Part shown: positions 9,725-19,571 of the stretch, piece by piece
Layout: each line of letters opens with the position of its first letter
Numbering within the stretch: the stretch's first letter is position 1
The notes under the pieces: generated by a model
Database searches by the model: none
The model's input: the letters and a program-made list of their open reading frames with translations, nothing else
What the model was told of the DNA's origin: nothing
Origin: a virus
Lineage: Duplodnaviria; Caudoviricetes
IMG/VR virus record: IMGVR_UViG_3300032050_014001
Span: 13,119 to 77,118 of that record
Reading direction: 5' to 3' (one strand)
Length of the DNA stretch: 64,000 nt
Position numbers and translations under genes: made by a program

Positions 9725-10345
9725 ATGTCGACTGGAATGAACTTTACCTGTATTTCCGCTTTTGATGCTTCTAAAGATATCATATGGTCATTCTCTTATA
9801 AAATAGAAAATGATCCGGGTGTTTTTGGCGGAGGCGGATTTACTACCTTTTTGAATTTTCTGTCGACACAGAGTCAGGGGGGTATAAAATATGGATTGGG
9901 TTATGGTCCTTTTGTATCTAGCACAGACAATTATAACGGTGTTGATGCAAATTTTTTAGCTATGGGATTTGACACAACTGGTTATTTTGGAACATCTGGG
10001 TCTGGATTTAATACAGGATTGTCACTACCTATTTTTAATTCACTTACTTATAGAAAAGGTACACAATTTGATTTAGTCACATCACATGGATTAGATTTTT
10101 ACATTAATTCTAATACTTGGCAGACTTTAAGATTCCAATTAACAAATAAAGGAAATACTTTAAATTCGTTTTATTGTGACGAAAAATTTAATTATAAATT
10201 AATTTCATCAGTTGAAACATTATCAACTTTTATTGAACCCCAAAAATTACATATGGGCATATCATTTGCTACACCCATACAAGGTAGTGATGGATTTAAA
10301 TTGAAGGTGCGCAATTTTCATTGCTACGGAAATCCTCTTCCTTAA
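9725..10345 (+). CDS. L-type (legume/ConA-like) lectin-domain protein
   Basis: GGGFTTF, GGIKYGLGY, LAMGFDT, MGISFA pattern resembling legume-lectin beta-sandwich; divergent from fibre gene. Confidence 0.5.
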   Translation: MSTGMNFTCISAFDASKDIIWSFSYKIENDPGVFGGGGFTTFLNFLSTQSQGGIKYGLGYGPFVSSTDNYNGVDANFLAMGFDTTGYFGTSGSGFNTGLSLPIFNSLTYRKGTQFDLVTSHGLDFYINSNTWQTLRFQLTNKGNTLNSFYCDEKFNYKLISSVETLSTFIEPQKLHMGISFATPIQGSDGFKLKVRNFHCYGNPLP

Positions 10346-10589
10346 GAATTTCTAGATCATAGATAAATTCTTCGACCTTTACGTCATGAATCATAGCTGG
10401 TGCTCTTTCTACAATATACTTTTGGAAGTCTAACGGTTTAATCCAATCAGTACGCTTATTCAAATCAATATTATGTTCTTCAGCAGTTTTGGTAACAATA
10501 TCCAAAGCTTCAATCAAGCAAAGCCAACGAGCATATGTTTCAACTGACATCTTATGATCACCAATAGTAACTTCGATATTTTTATTCAT
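10296..10589 (-). CDS. Hypothetical protein
   Basis: Last ORF of an overlapping minus-strand run. Confidence 0.55.
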   Translation of the reverse strand: MNKNIEVTIGDHKMSVETYARWLCLIEALDIVTKTAEEHNIDLNKRTDWIKPLDFQKYIVERAPAMIHDVKVEEFIYDLEILKEEDFRSNENCAPSI

Positions 10590-10989
10590 GTATATTTTTT
10601 AATAGGTTTCCTAACAAAAAATAAACTAAATCATGATTTATTTGTTTTTCAAAATCATGCCCCATAAGATCTATTATGCTATCTAATGATTCAAATAATA
10701 AATCTAATTTCTTATATGCAATTCTCTTTTCACTGTCTTCTAGATTATCGATAATGTAATTTTTAACAGAAGAGACAATTTCTTTTAAAAGATTTATATT
10801 GTTTGATTTCTTTGCTAAACTATAACCTTTTTCATATGCTTTGAACGTGCGGTGGGTTTGTTGTAAACAATACTTTTCGACAATATTAATAATATCTGTA
10901 CGTTTTACTCTTTCTTCATTGAAAGCAGTTGGCGAAGAAAGTTTTTCTGTTATATTTTGCAATTCTTTTGAATTAAACTGGTTCTCCAT
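10582..10989 (-). CDS. Hypothetical protein
   Basis: 135-aa ORF overlapping both neighbours. Confidence 0.55.
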   Translation of the reverse strand: MENQFNSKELQNITEKLSSPTAFNEERVKRTDIINIVEKYCLQQTHRTFKAYEKGYSLAKKSNNINLLKEIVSSVKNYIIDNLEDSEKRIAYKKLDLLFESLDSIIDLMGHDFEKQINHDLVYFLLGNLLKNIHE

Positions 10990-11380
10990 TTTCTTTATAT
11001 ACTAAATTATAAGCTTCGGATTTTTCTAACTTTACCGGTTCTGTTTGCAAGAATGTCTTGATTTCTAGATTAACACGAACATTTTTATTACATTCTAAAC
11101 AACGATATGAATTATCTTCATCTAACCTAATAGGGATGAAATTATCAATTGCTTTATCACAAGGACATTTTACGTTGCAGCCTTGTTTAGAATATTCTTT
11201 CAGAATTTCAATTTGATTTTTTTCATTAATAACACCCAGAAATGTATTCCAAACATTATAAAATATAATTTGCAAAAAAGATAAGCAAATCATCCAACCA
11301 AAAAATGTTTTTACATCACTAGAAAATATATATGATATTGTGCCTGATGTCACAAAAAGAATAATTACAGCACGTAACAT
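10973..11380 (-). CDS. Membrane protein with Cys-rich (Zn-ribbon-like) domain
   Basis: Two hydrophobic N-terminal segments, then CPC...CLEC. Confidence 0.55.
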   Translation of the reverse strand: MLRAVIILFVTSGTISYIFSSDVKTFFGWMICLSFLQIIFYNVWNTFLGVINEKNQIEILKEYSKQGCNVKCPCDKAIDNFIPIRLDEDNSYRCLECNKNVRVNLEIKTFLQTEPVKLEKSEAYNLVYKENGEPV

Positions 11381-11394
11381 TCTTTCAATATAAA

Positions 11395-11769
11395 CTAAAA
11401 TGATAATTTGTCAAGATACTTAATTACGTCTTGAGCAAAAATGGCATTAATCTTATTAATGCGATCAATCAATTTACTCGCAATCATTTTTTTAGATTCA
11501 GACGCCACATCTGATTTACCATAATCACTAATTTTATCTGATAGATTTTTTAGTTCTACAATATAATTAGCAATCTGAGGTATAATAACTGATGATTGAA
11601 ATTGATGTGGAAGTATTTTTGGTGTATCAATTTCAGATGTTATTTGTGATTTTAAATCTGTTAATGAAGAGTCCGATGCATCAGGTCCTATACCCGTTAC
11701 ATTACGATTGGCATCTGCTATGGTATTATCTTCAGTAAAAAATCGTCTTCTCACAATTTTATTTATCAT
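11395..11769 (-). CDS. Hypothetical protein
   Basis: 124-aa ORF. Confidence 0.55.
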   Translation of the reverse strand: MINKIVRRRFFTEDNTIADANRNVTGIGPDASDSSLTDLKSQITSEIDTPKILPHQFQSSVIIPQIANYIVELKNLSDKISDYGKSDVASESKKMIASKLIDRINKINAIFAQDVIKYLDKLSF

Positions 11770-11787
11770 GTTTGAATAAATAAATGC

Positions 11788-12207
11788 ATGAGTAATCTAT
11801 TTGAAAATGCATTCAAACGTGTATTAGTTGAAGCAGATGACGTACCAATGTCTGATACAGAAGCTATGGCTTCAACATTAGATGCTGGTACTGTACCAAG
11901 TGATTATGATATTGAAGCTGGTACACAACAAGCCTCAATTGCTGCTGCTAAAGCTAATGTCGCTATGGTTGAAAAATTGCATCATTGGATTTCGAAGATT
12001 GCAGAATTTACTGAATTCTTAAATGGGCAGGGCCCCGATTCAGTTCAAACACAATTATCCAAAGCTCATGAAAAGAGTTTGTTTGGATCTATCAAAACAG
12101 CAGAAACTAAGAAGATTGCATTAGTTGCTCGTGAATTAGCAGGATTCCAACAAATGTTAAATGGATATGTTGCTTCTTCTGCTGATCCTAAGTACAAAGG
12201 CGTCTAA
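11788..12207 (+). CDS. Hypothetical late protein
   Basis: TAAATA-N5-ATG; leader MSNLFENAFKRVLVEA. Confidence 0.6.
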   Translation: MSNLFENAFKRVLVEADDVPMSDTEAMASTLDAGTVPSDYDIEAGTQQASIAAAKANVAMVEKLHHWISKIAEFTEFLNGQGPDSVQTQLSKAHEKSLFGSIKTAETKKIALVARELAGFQQMLNGYVASSADPKYKGV

Positions 12208-13229
12208 TACATCGCTTTTAATCTAATCTCAGCAGCTAATCCTTTGTAAGAATTTTTCTTAATAAATTCTTTTGGTATTTCATTAATCTTTAATGTAATT
12301 GCTAGGTCATTAAAGTCTTTTATTTTCTTACCTACACTCTCTGGCCAAATAAAAAGAGTTTCACCATTCTTAGCTAAGATTTGGCTTTTCTTCTTGGCTG
12401 CTTGATCTATCCACTGTGAATCCAGCACCCAAATAAAATCTTTCAATAACAACGAATTTATTTGATCTTGTTGTTTCATAGAAAACAACTTTTCAGATTC
12501 ATCCTGGATTCCCGCAACCGCTACTCCATTTTTAACAAAACAAGAATTGAATGGTCCTTCAAAAATAAAAACTTCATTATCATCATTGATCTGATCAATA
12601 TTGAATATTGTCTTTTCACTATTAATTTTTGAGATATAACGCGGTTTAATTTTGTTATCCGCAGCCAATATTGTTCTGGTTTGATAATGAACAATCTTAT
12701 TATTTTTATCAAAGAATGGTATTACTAATCTATTCTTATGCACAGGATCAGTTAGTGATATATAAAGTGCTTTTGGTTTATTGCATGCTGTTTTTAATCT
12801 TCTTGCTTCAATAAATTCTAATGCTCTGATGACTACCGTTTCGTCTTTATAATATTCTACTTGCTGTTCATCAAATAAATTAATGCAATCTTCTGGCAAT
12901 GTTGATGATTGAACAATTTCTTTCTTTTCTGTTGTTATATCGTCTAATGATATTGTCGAATAATTTTCTAATTCTTTTTTAATGTCTAATATAGACATTC
13001 TTGTTACCTCTTGGATCCACGAAATTGGTGTAGAACTCCAACCACAGTTATGACAATATATATTGTTATTTTTTGGAATGTAATAACAACGCTGCTTTTT
13101 TAACCATGATTTGCCTTCTCTGCAGATCGGGCACGAACCTACATATGTTTTATTGAAACGATTATGTTTCGGTGCGCCAGCATGTTGGAAGAATTTTTGT
13201 GCAATATATTCTTCGGGCAAGATGATCAT
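12204..13229 (-). CDS. DNA primase (gp61)
   Basis: Zn finger CPIC...CHNC, RLVIPF, TOPRIM FEGPFN; T4 gp61 size. Confidence 0.9.
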   Translation of the reverse strand: MIILPEEYIAQKFFQHAGAPKHNRFNKTYVGSCPICREGKSWLKKQRCYYIPKNNNIYCHNCGWSSTPISWIQEVTRMSILDIKKELENYSTISLDDITTEKKEIVQSSTLPEDCINLFDEQQVEYYKDETVVIRALEFIEARRLKTACNKPKALYISLTDPVHKNRLVIPFFDKNNKIVHYQTRTILAADNKIKPRYISKINSEKTIFNIDQINDDNEVFIFEGPFNSCFVKNGVAVAGIQDESEKLFSMKQQDQINSLLLKDFIWVLDSQWIDQAAKKKSQILAKNGETLFIWPESVGKKIKDFNDLAITLKINEIPKEFIKKNSYKGLAAEIRLKAMY

Positions 13230-13246
13230 GCCTTATGATAAGGGGT

Positions 13247-13456
13247 TTAATTAAATTTACAAGAACCCGAAATATCATTACCAGTTTCTGCATCTAAAAC
13301 TTTTACTAATCCTTTTCTAATAAATGTACCAGAAGAAGGATCATACCAATGAGCTTCGACAAAAATTTTATCACCGATTCTTTTTTCCATGATGCGAGGA
13401 TTTACTGGTTGTCCTGAAATGGGTGATGCAATTCTTTCTGGTTTTACGAAGTCCAT
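13247..13456 (-). CDS. Small hypothetical late protein
   Basis: 69 aa; TAAATA-N5-ATG. Confidence 0.55.
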   Translation of the reverse strand: MDFVKPERIASPISGQPVNPRIMEKRIGDKIFVEAHWYDPSSGTFIRKGLVKVLDAETGNDISGSCKFN

Positions 13457-13460
13457 GTAT

Positions 13461-13721
13461 CTATTTATGTTTTTTGTTGAATAAAAATTGTTCTTTTAGA
13501 AAAACATAGAGATCTTTAGGTAAGATCTCTACTTTCTCAAGAATTCCGTTTTTTAAACCACGTTTTAAATCAAATTTTGAAACTGTTTGATTTTTTATTT
13601 CTGGTATTGTTAGAAAATGGCATTGTGAAAAACTACTTTCTATCATTACAAACATTTTACCTTTATGATCACCCTCTAAAACACCAAATGCAGTTCCTTT
13701 TTCTGGAACCTTAAAAAGCAT
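13461..13721 (-). CDS. Hypothetical protein
   Basis: Likely start MLFKVP at 13721 overlapping upstream stop. Confidence 0.5.
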   Translation of the reverse strand: MLFKVPEKGTAFGVLEGDHKGKMFVMIESSFSQCHFLTIPEIKNQTVSKFDLKRGLKNGILEKVEILPKDLYVFLKEQFLFNKKHK

Positions 13722-14028
13722 CGGGGTTATTATTTTGCATAAAGAATCTATTAACCGCCGTAGAAAGGGAATCTGCGTCTTGTTGGCTGTTTGCATGTAC
13801 TAAATTAATTGGATTTCCGTTCATGTCATATCCTAAAACGATAAAACATTTCATAAACTCTTCTAATGTAGAAGAGATAGCGACTTTATTGTCTGATGAT
13901 TTACGAGATCTTTCTAGTAAATCAGCTTGTAATGCTTCTTTTAGAAGCTGTTTAATCTGTTCTTTCCCGATTTTATCAGAATTATTTTTTGGTATTCTTT
14001 TCTTTTTATCATCGGGATTTTCGCCCAT
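13711..14028 (-). CDS. Hypothetical protein
   Basis: Likely start MGENP at 14028, TAAATA-N5 upstream. Confidence 0.5.
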   Translation of the reverse strand: MGENPDDKKKRIPKNNSDKIGKEQIKQLLKEALQADLLERSRKSSDNKVAISSTLEEFMKCFIVLGYDMNGNPINLVHANSQQDADSLSTAVNRFFMQNNNPDAF

Positions 14029-14032
14029 AGAA

Positions 14033-14380
14033 TTATTTATTCTTTTCAACATAGTATGGGCTTTTTTCGTCAATTGTTTGAATATTTTTTTCGTTTAAAT
14101 GCGATACAATTACTTCAATTGATTGTGTAGATATAGCAAAATTCTTAGGAAATAGGATACCGCCATCATTTAATTCAAAATAAATCTCATCGATAAATGT
14201 TTTATTAGTAAAACAAGTAACAAAAATAGAAGAACGGCCCGGATCAATTAATACAGTCCATCTTCTCGGATCATGGGCACCGTATTTTTGAAAAATACGA
14301 ATTACACTAAACCCACAATCTCTTAATCTTTTAATAAAATATCCGGGTGTAGATATTTTATTTTTTTGTCTCTTATTCAT
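14033..14380 (-). CDS. Hypothetical protein
   Basis: 115-aa ORF in replication cluster. Confidence 0.55.
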   Translation of the reverse strand: MNKRQKNKISTPGYFIKRLRDCGFSVIRIFQKYGAHDPRRWTVLIDPGRSSIFVTCFTNKTFIDEIYFELNDGGILFPKNFAISTQSIEVIVSHLNEKNIQTIDEKSPYYVEKNK

Positions 14381-14405
14381 TTTTTATATATAATTAAGAT
14401 TAATT

Positions 14406-15140
14406 TTAAATCACTTTCGCAGTGGTTATATATTTCAAATAATATCCCGGTTCTTCTACTTCAACACATAAAATACCTTTGCTTGAATTAATTTTGAATT
14501 GCAATTGACTAGATCTTAATGTTGAAATGCTTCGAACTACATCAAATAAGAATGGCATCGGTTTTGATAATGCATTACCTTGATATGTTTCTGCTAAAAC
14601 AGTAGTAAAGCTATCAACATTATGTTTGCTTTTGTCTGTTAATTCGCAATGAATTTCGCCATTTTCTGAATAAAAATAAATCTTTTCGCTGTTATTAAAA
14701 GTACTACATTTCAACAAATTTTGAAATGTAACAATATCAATAGTAAACTCTACATCAAATTCAAAAGATTGTATTTTACTTAAAGATAAACCAACTGGTG
14801 CAATAATACCATCTTCTAACAGATGATATTTAAATTTAATTTTGGGTGATTTGTATTCGATATTATTTGAATTGACTGTCAATTCAATATTTTGATCTTC
14901 AATGCAATCAAATGCTTTAATGAACTTTTTGACATCTGGAATATTCAATGATACTTGCTGATCATTGTCTAATGTAGCGTCAGAACATTTAGCGTAAAGA
15001 ATGCTATTATTATCTGCTGTTTTGTTTAATGAAATGATTTCATTATTCTTAGCTGTCAGAATAGCTAAATCTGACAGCCTTGAAATTGGAGATAGGAAAT
15101 TATTACAAAAACTATTCTTATTCTTAAAAGATAATTTCAT
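14406..15140 (-). CDS. Sliding clamp (gp45/PCNA-like)
   Basis: 244 aa two-domain alpha/beta pattern (LNIPDVKKF, FKYHL, C-terminal LKYITTA) among replication genes. Confidence 0.7.
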   Translation of the reverse strand: MKLSFKNKNSFCNNFLSPISRLSDLAILTAKNNEIISLNKTADNNSILYAKCSDATLDNDQQVSLNIPDVKKFIKAFDCIEDQNIELTVNSNNIEYKSPKIKFKYHLLEDGIIAPVGLSLSKIQSFEFDVEFTIDIVTFQNLLKCSTFNNSEKIYFYSENGEIHCELTDKSKHNVDSFTTVLAETYQGNALSKPMPFLFDVVRSISTLRSSQLQFKINSSKGILCVEVEEPGYYLKYITTAKVI

Positions 15141-15152
15141 GTATTAATTGTA

Positions 15153-15521
15153 TTAAGCTTCTAGCTTTTGCAACCTATTACTGATATTACTTAATTTATC
15201 TTCGATGCGCTTCAATGAAGCAAAAATATTCTTAGCGGTAGCTGAGTCATCAAAATCAAATTCCAATTGATCACTAGGTGATTTTGGTTGAATCTGTACT
15301 CGAGGTTGAATATTTTGTGGTTGAATTGGCGGTGCTTCAGTCTGAGTTAATTGCCTATTGTTCGGGATATTAGTTAAAATATTAGTTGCAATTGCTTTAA
15401 ACTCTTGACTCTGTGGACGCAGATGTTGAGTGCGCCCTACAATGTTTTGATCAAGCTTCGCTAACTCTCCATAGGTTTGTCCTATGAATTGTTGAAGCAT
15501 TCCTTGTACATCTTCATCCAT
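15153..15521 (-). CDS. Hypothetical protein with QLEFDF motif
   Basis: 122 aa, Q/P-rich linker, coiled C-terminus; between gp32 and clamp. Confidence 0.55.
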   Translation of the reverse strand: MDEDVQGMLQQFIGQTYGELAKLDQNIVGRTQHLRPQSQEFKAIATNILTNIPNNRQLTQTEAPPIQPQNIQPRVQIQPKSPSDQLEFDFDDSATAKNIFASLKRIEDKLSNISNRLQKLEA

Positions 15522-15522
15522 A

Positions 15523-16377
15523 TTAGTCTAATCCTTTCAAAAGTTCTTGTACAGTTGCATCATCAAGAATGTCATCGTCATCTGAAGATGCGGGTGCTGA
15601 TGATTTAGTTACTGTAGTAGGTTCTGCTAGAACTGTAGCTTGTACTGATTCAACGGGAGCAGCTGCTGAAGACACTGAGCTCTTGCATAGGAAATGTTCT
15701 TCCCATAATTCACGAAGTTCATCAGCGGTCTTAACCCCTGCGATTTTCTTAAGATCATGAACTGAATTATACAACTCATTAATCTTTGCTTCTGATAATC
15801 CAAGATCTACTGGTGATGTGAAACGCGAAGATACATAAGATGGATATTCACCTTGTTTCTCTACCTTGACCTTAAGATTACACCCACCTTTACTCAGGTC
15901 AAAGATACGAGGACCGAACTCAGCAGCGTCTTCACCATCCATAGCTTCATCAATAATCTTAGCTAACTGACGACCATATCGAAGAATCTTAACAGTACCA
16001 TTATTTTCAGGATTGGTTGGATCATCAATAATATAAGCATTAACCATCCACTTCTCAGAACGATTAACTTTTTCAGCCTTCTTCTTTTCTACATCCGTAC
16101 CAAGTCGAAGGATACGATAACGTTCTTCTTGAATTGGATCACGTTCTCCAAATGATTGCAATGAAACGGCTGATACGAATTGACCTGTTGCGAATGATTG
16201 CCATCCATTCAGGTAATAATGAAAGAATGTATCTGCGGGTGATTTTGTATTTGGAAGAAGACGAACGGTGTATGTCTTACCTACTTCTAACTTGAGAATG
16301 TCTTTATATGAAGATCCACCGGTATCTTCTTTAGCTAAGGCATTCTTGATTGATTGGAACATTGATGCTGTATACAT
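15523..16377 (-). CDS. Single-stranded DNA-binding protein (gp32-like)
   Basis: VRLLP, NAYIIDDPTNPENNGTVKILRYG, IFDLSKGGCNLKVK, Y.SSRF, acidic tail. Confidence 0.9.
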   Translation of the reverse strand: MYTASMFQSIKNALAKEDTGGSSYKDILKLEVGKTYTVRLLPNTKSPADTFFHYYLNGWQSFATGQFVSAVSLQSFGERDPIQEERYRILRLGTDVEKKKAEKVNRSEKWMVNAYIIDDPTNPENNGTVKILRYGRQLAKIIDEAMDGEDAAEFGPRIFDLSKGGCNLKVKVEKQGEYPSYVSSRFTSPVDLGLSEAKINELYNSVHDLKKIAGVKTADELRELWEEHFLCKSSVSSAAAPVESVQATVLAEPTTVTKSSAPASSDDDDILDDATVQELLKGLD

Positions 16378-16401
16378 ATTGAATATTTTTAATTGGTTTC
16401 G

Positions 16402-17031
16402 TTATATTTTTTTTAATCCTTGTTTTACTAATACTTTTAATTTCTTCGATGAGAAATATCTATTCGTATACAATTGTATATTTTCATAGACATTCTCGCC
16501 AAACATGAATTTCAATAATTCTTGATCTTCATGTCTAATATAGTTTAGTGCATTTGGCAATTCGATCAACACATAAGGATGCATTTTTCTTTCTTTCCAA
16601 TGCAGCATGAAGCTTTTCATTTCATTAGTCTTGTGTGCAAGATATTGATTTAATGAAATATTATTTTGTGTTAAAAATTCTTTTAAGAATTTTAAACTCT
16701 CTAATACTTTTAATAACATATCCTCCGAATCCGGATCTAAATCAGCTTCTTTTTGAATATAGAGAGTATATGCTTTAATTGCTTTTTGCGATGTAAAATA
16801 TTTCAAATCGAAATATTCTTCGGCACCATAGATAGCATATGATGCTTTAAAAAAATCATTGATGTGTATACTGGGAAATTTTCTCAGTATGTTAGATATT
16901 CTCTTAAGATAAACCAATACATCAGATGGAATATCATTGAAATTTTTTCTTAACTTATATGGTAGGTTTTTAGCTTGGCGACTAGTTTTTAGGTATTCGT
17001 TATATAGTCTTTCTTCAAAATCGCTTAACAT
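16402..17031 (-). CDS. Possible helicase loader (gp59-like)
   Basis: 209-aa helical protein directly upstream of gp32 as in T4; weak sequence support. Confidence 0.35.
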   Translation of the reverse strand: MLSDFEERLYNEYLKTSRQAKNLPYKLRKNFNDIPSDVLVYLKRISNILRKFPSIHINDFFKASYAIYGAEEYFDLKYFTSQKAIKAYTLYIQKEADLDPDSEDMLLKVLESLKFLKEFLTQNNISLNQYLAHKTNEMKSFMLHWKERKMHPYVLIELPNALNYIRHEDQELLKFMFGENVYENIQLYTNRYFSSKKLKVLVKQGLKKI

Positions 17032-17314
17032 TATTAGCTATAATAGTAGCACCTTCTTTAGAATTCAAGAACTTACTTATATATTTGCTTTTACTCAAAG
17101 AAGGATCGAAGTCGATAAACAATTTGAATAATTCATAATCCGTATCGATAGATACCATTTTCTTAAGAATCTGTTTGTATGTAGGATTCTTAAGGAGTAA
17201 TAAAAAAATATTAGGCAGATTTAATTTCTTGCCAGATATCAAACACATTAATGAACAGAAACATAAAAAATTATGTTCTATTTCCCTCTTTTCGATTACA
17301 AGATTAGCTACCAT
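17015..17314 (-). CDS. Hypothetical protein
   Basis: 99-aa ORF overlapping neighbours. Confidence 0.55.
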   Translation of the reverse strand: MVANLVIEKREIEHNFLCFCSLMCLISGKKLNLPNIFLLLLKNPTYKQILKKMVSIDTDYELFKLFIDFDPSLSKSKYISKFLNSKEGATIIANNVKRF

Positions 17315-18198
17315 ATTTTTTGTAAAGTTTTAGTAAATTCTATAAATTTTGAAGTTAGATTACCTCCTGCGTACCGTTGTGTTCCGCCGCCTTCAACTAA
17401 CTTTTCTGCAATCAGATGTAATGGTGCGTCTGATGTTACTTTTTGTTGCATATAAACAGTCTTGAGTCCCAAATTGACTACCATTACAATATCCACATTG
17501 TATACATCAATTAAATGATTTGAAATTTCTGGAAAATAATTTTCAGCAAATGTAGATACTACTTTATATTTTTTTCCTTTAGCAGGTAATATTCCTTGGA
17601 ATATATCTAATTCTGATACGGTTTTTGCAATTCGTTTAAAATGTAAATTAATTACGTTCTGTTGTTGTTGATTGAATCCGTTATATCCATTATCAAATTG
17701 TTTAATAAATTGAATTAAACGATCAGCACTGACACCCCAATATAATGCATTTAAAAAATTTGATTCTTTAAATTTATTTTTACCTGAAATATAATCATCA
17801 ATCAAACTAATTAATTTGATTTGCTTAGGTGTTAGTTTTTTGATTAATTCATTTTTAAATAATCTAAAAATCAATCTAGTAGTTGAACTAGTTTCAGCTA
17901 TAGCTGTTTTTGCATCTGTGTATAAATGTTTTTTATCACAATGTGATTTATGTGTATCAATGATAATACAATTAGACTTGTCTGCGACATCTAAACATTT
18001 TGATAAATCTATAGAGGTTATATAGATCTTGGAATATTTTGTCATTCCATTTTCTAATTGCCATTTAAGGAAATCATCACGGAATTTTCTTGGTGTAGTA
18101 TATTGTATTTCAATGTTACTGCCTTTGAGCCATTTCAAAAGAAGGCAACATCCAGCACCATCTAATCCATAATTAGTCCATATGACTTCTTTACTCAT
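17308..18198 (-). CDS. DHH/DHHA1 phosphoesterase-like protein with degenerate motifs
   Basis: LDGAG, IIDTH (for DHH), LIDDY, GGGTQRYAGG (for GGGH..AAG). Confidence 0.7.
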   Translation of the reverse strand: MSKEVIWTNYGLDGAGCCLLLKWLKGSNIEIQYTTPRKFRDDFLKWQLENGMTKYSKIYITSIDLSKCLDVADKSNCIIIDTHKSHCDKKHLYTDAKTAIAETSSTTRLIFRLFKNELIKKLTPKQIKLISLIDDYISGKNKFKESNFLNALYWGVSADRLIQFIKQFDNGYNGFNQQQQNVINLHFKRIAKTVSELDIFQGILPAKGKKYKVVSTFAENYFPEISNHLIDVYNVDIVMVVNLGLKTVYMQQKVTSDAPLHLIAEKLVEGGGTQRYAGGNLTSKFIEFTKTLQKIW

Positions 18199-18237
18199 TA
18201 ATATGAGTATATATAGTCAAAATGGAATTTTGTTCAA

Positions 18238-19563
18238 CTAGTCTGCTAAAGAAGCTAATACATCTCTTGCGGATTCTGTACTATCTACCATTGAAGCCAA
18301 TTCTTGGTCTTCTTTTAAAGTCAATGTTGAATAATCAATTCTAAATGCTGATGATCCGAAGTTAGGGCCGAAACGATTTTTCATCATAGCTACTCTCATA
18401 ACACCTTGTTCTGCATCTTCTTCTAATTGATAAACAGAAGCAATAAAATCACCTGTTGTAGCTAGCCCATAACTTTCTGAAAGTGATTGCATAGTTGGTT
18501 CTGCGACATCATATCCCGATCGGTTTAACTGTGTTGCGGTAATAAACGGACAATTATAAACATACGACAATGCCCTAGTCTGTTCAGATAAGTGTTTCAC
18601 CTTTTCATATGAATTATTTCCATATGTAGTATGTAATAGATTCAAATAATCTAATACTACAGCATCAACAAAGATGCCTTTATTTCTTAATGTCTTAATG
18701 AATGATGATAATTGATTAGGTGTAATTGTTGATGGCGGAAATTCTTTAATCAAAATCCTTCCTCGTGGATTCTTCTCTTTGATTTCTTCAAGAGCATTTT
18801 GCAATGATTCTGACTCTTCTCGCAATGTTCTAATAGGTATCTTAGTAGCTGATGATGCAATACGTTTTGCGTACATGATCTCGGACATTTCCAATGTAAC
18901 AAGCAATACTGTTTTACCTTGCTCAGCAATATTTTTAGCTACATTTCCTAATACAATACTCTTACCGACATTTGCTTGACCAGCAAAAATATACAATGCC
19001 CTACCATTTTGCATGAATCCCCCATTTAATTTTTCATCTAACCATTCCCACTTTGATGGAATAACTGGTTCATCCGAATTTAATTCTTTGATTAACTTTT
19101 CGGGATTATGATAAAGATCTAATCCAATATCTGTTGTCAAATTAATATTACATGTCTTTTCAAATTGATCTAAGACCCACGAAGTATCTGCTTTTCCTTG
19201 TTGCAATTTATCCGCAACATCAAGCATAGTCTTATATACAGCTCTTTCTTTTAAGAAGCGTTCTGTATTCTTGATTAATTCATCATGATTATAATTCTTA
19301 TCTAATGATTGAATCATTAATAATACATTTTTGAAAGAATCTTTTAATTCTTGTGTGGTAAGATAATTTTTTAATTCTGAGAGATTGGGTAAGCAATCTC
19401 TCTTTTCAAAATATTCTTTTACTAACAAAAACATCGCTTTGACATCTTTGTCCCGAAAATAATCCGGATCTGTATTATCAACAACTGAAGAGAAATATTC
19501 CTCATCAGTAATCATCTTAAGACAGAAGATCTTCTCAAAATGATCTAAATCAATTTTATCCAT
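18238..19563 (-). CDS. Replicative DnaB-like helicase (gp41)
   Basis: GQANVGKS, TLEMSE, IKEFPP, VLDYLNL, TATQLNRSG, SESYGL, KNRFG. Confidence 0.95.
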   Translation of the reverse strand: MDKIDLDHFEKIFCLKMITDEEYFSSVVDNTDPDYFRDKDVKAMFLLVKEYFEKRDCLPNLSELKNYLTTQELKDSFKNVLLMIQSLDKNYNHDELIKNTERFLKERAVYKTMLDVADKLQQGKADTSWVLDQFEKTCNINLTTDIGLDLYHNPEKLIKELNSDEPVIPSKWEWLDEKLNGGFMQNGRALYIFAGQANVGKSIVLGNVAKNIAEQGKTVLLVTLEMSEIMYAKRIASSATKIPIRTLREESESLQNALEEIKEKNPRGRILIKEFPPSTITPNQLSSFIKTLRNKGIFVDAVVLDYLNLLHTTYGNNSYEKVKHLSEQTRALSYVYNCPFITATQLNRSGYDVAEPTMQSLSESYGLATTGDFIASVYQLEEDAEQGVMRVAMMKNRFGPNFGSSAFRIDYSTLTLKEDQELASMVDSTESARDVLASLAD

Positions 19564-19571
19564 GCTTAATA

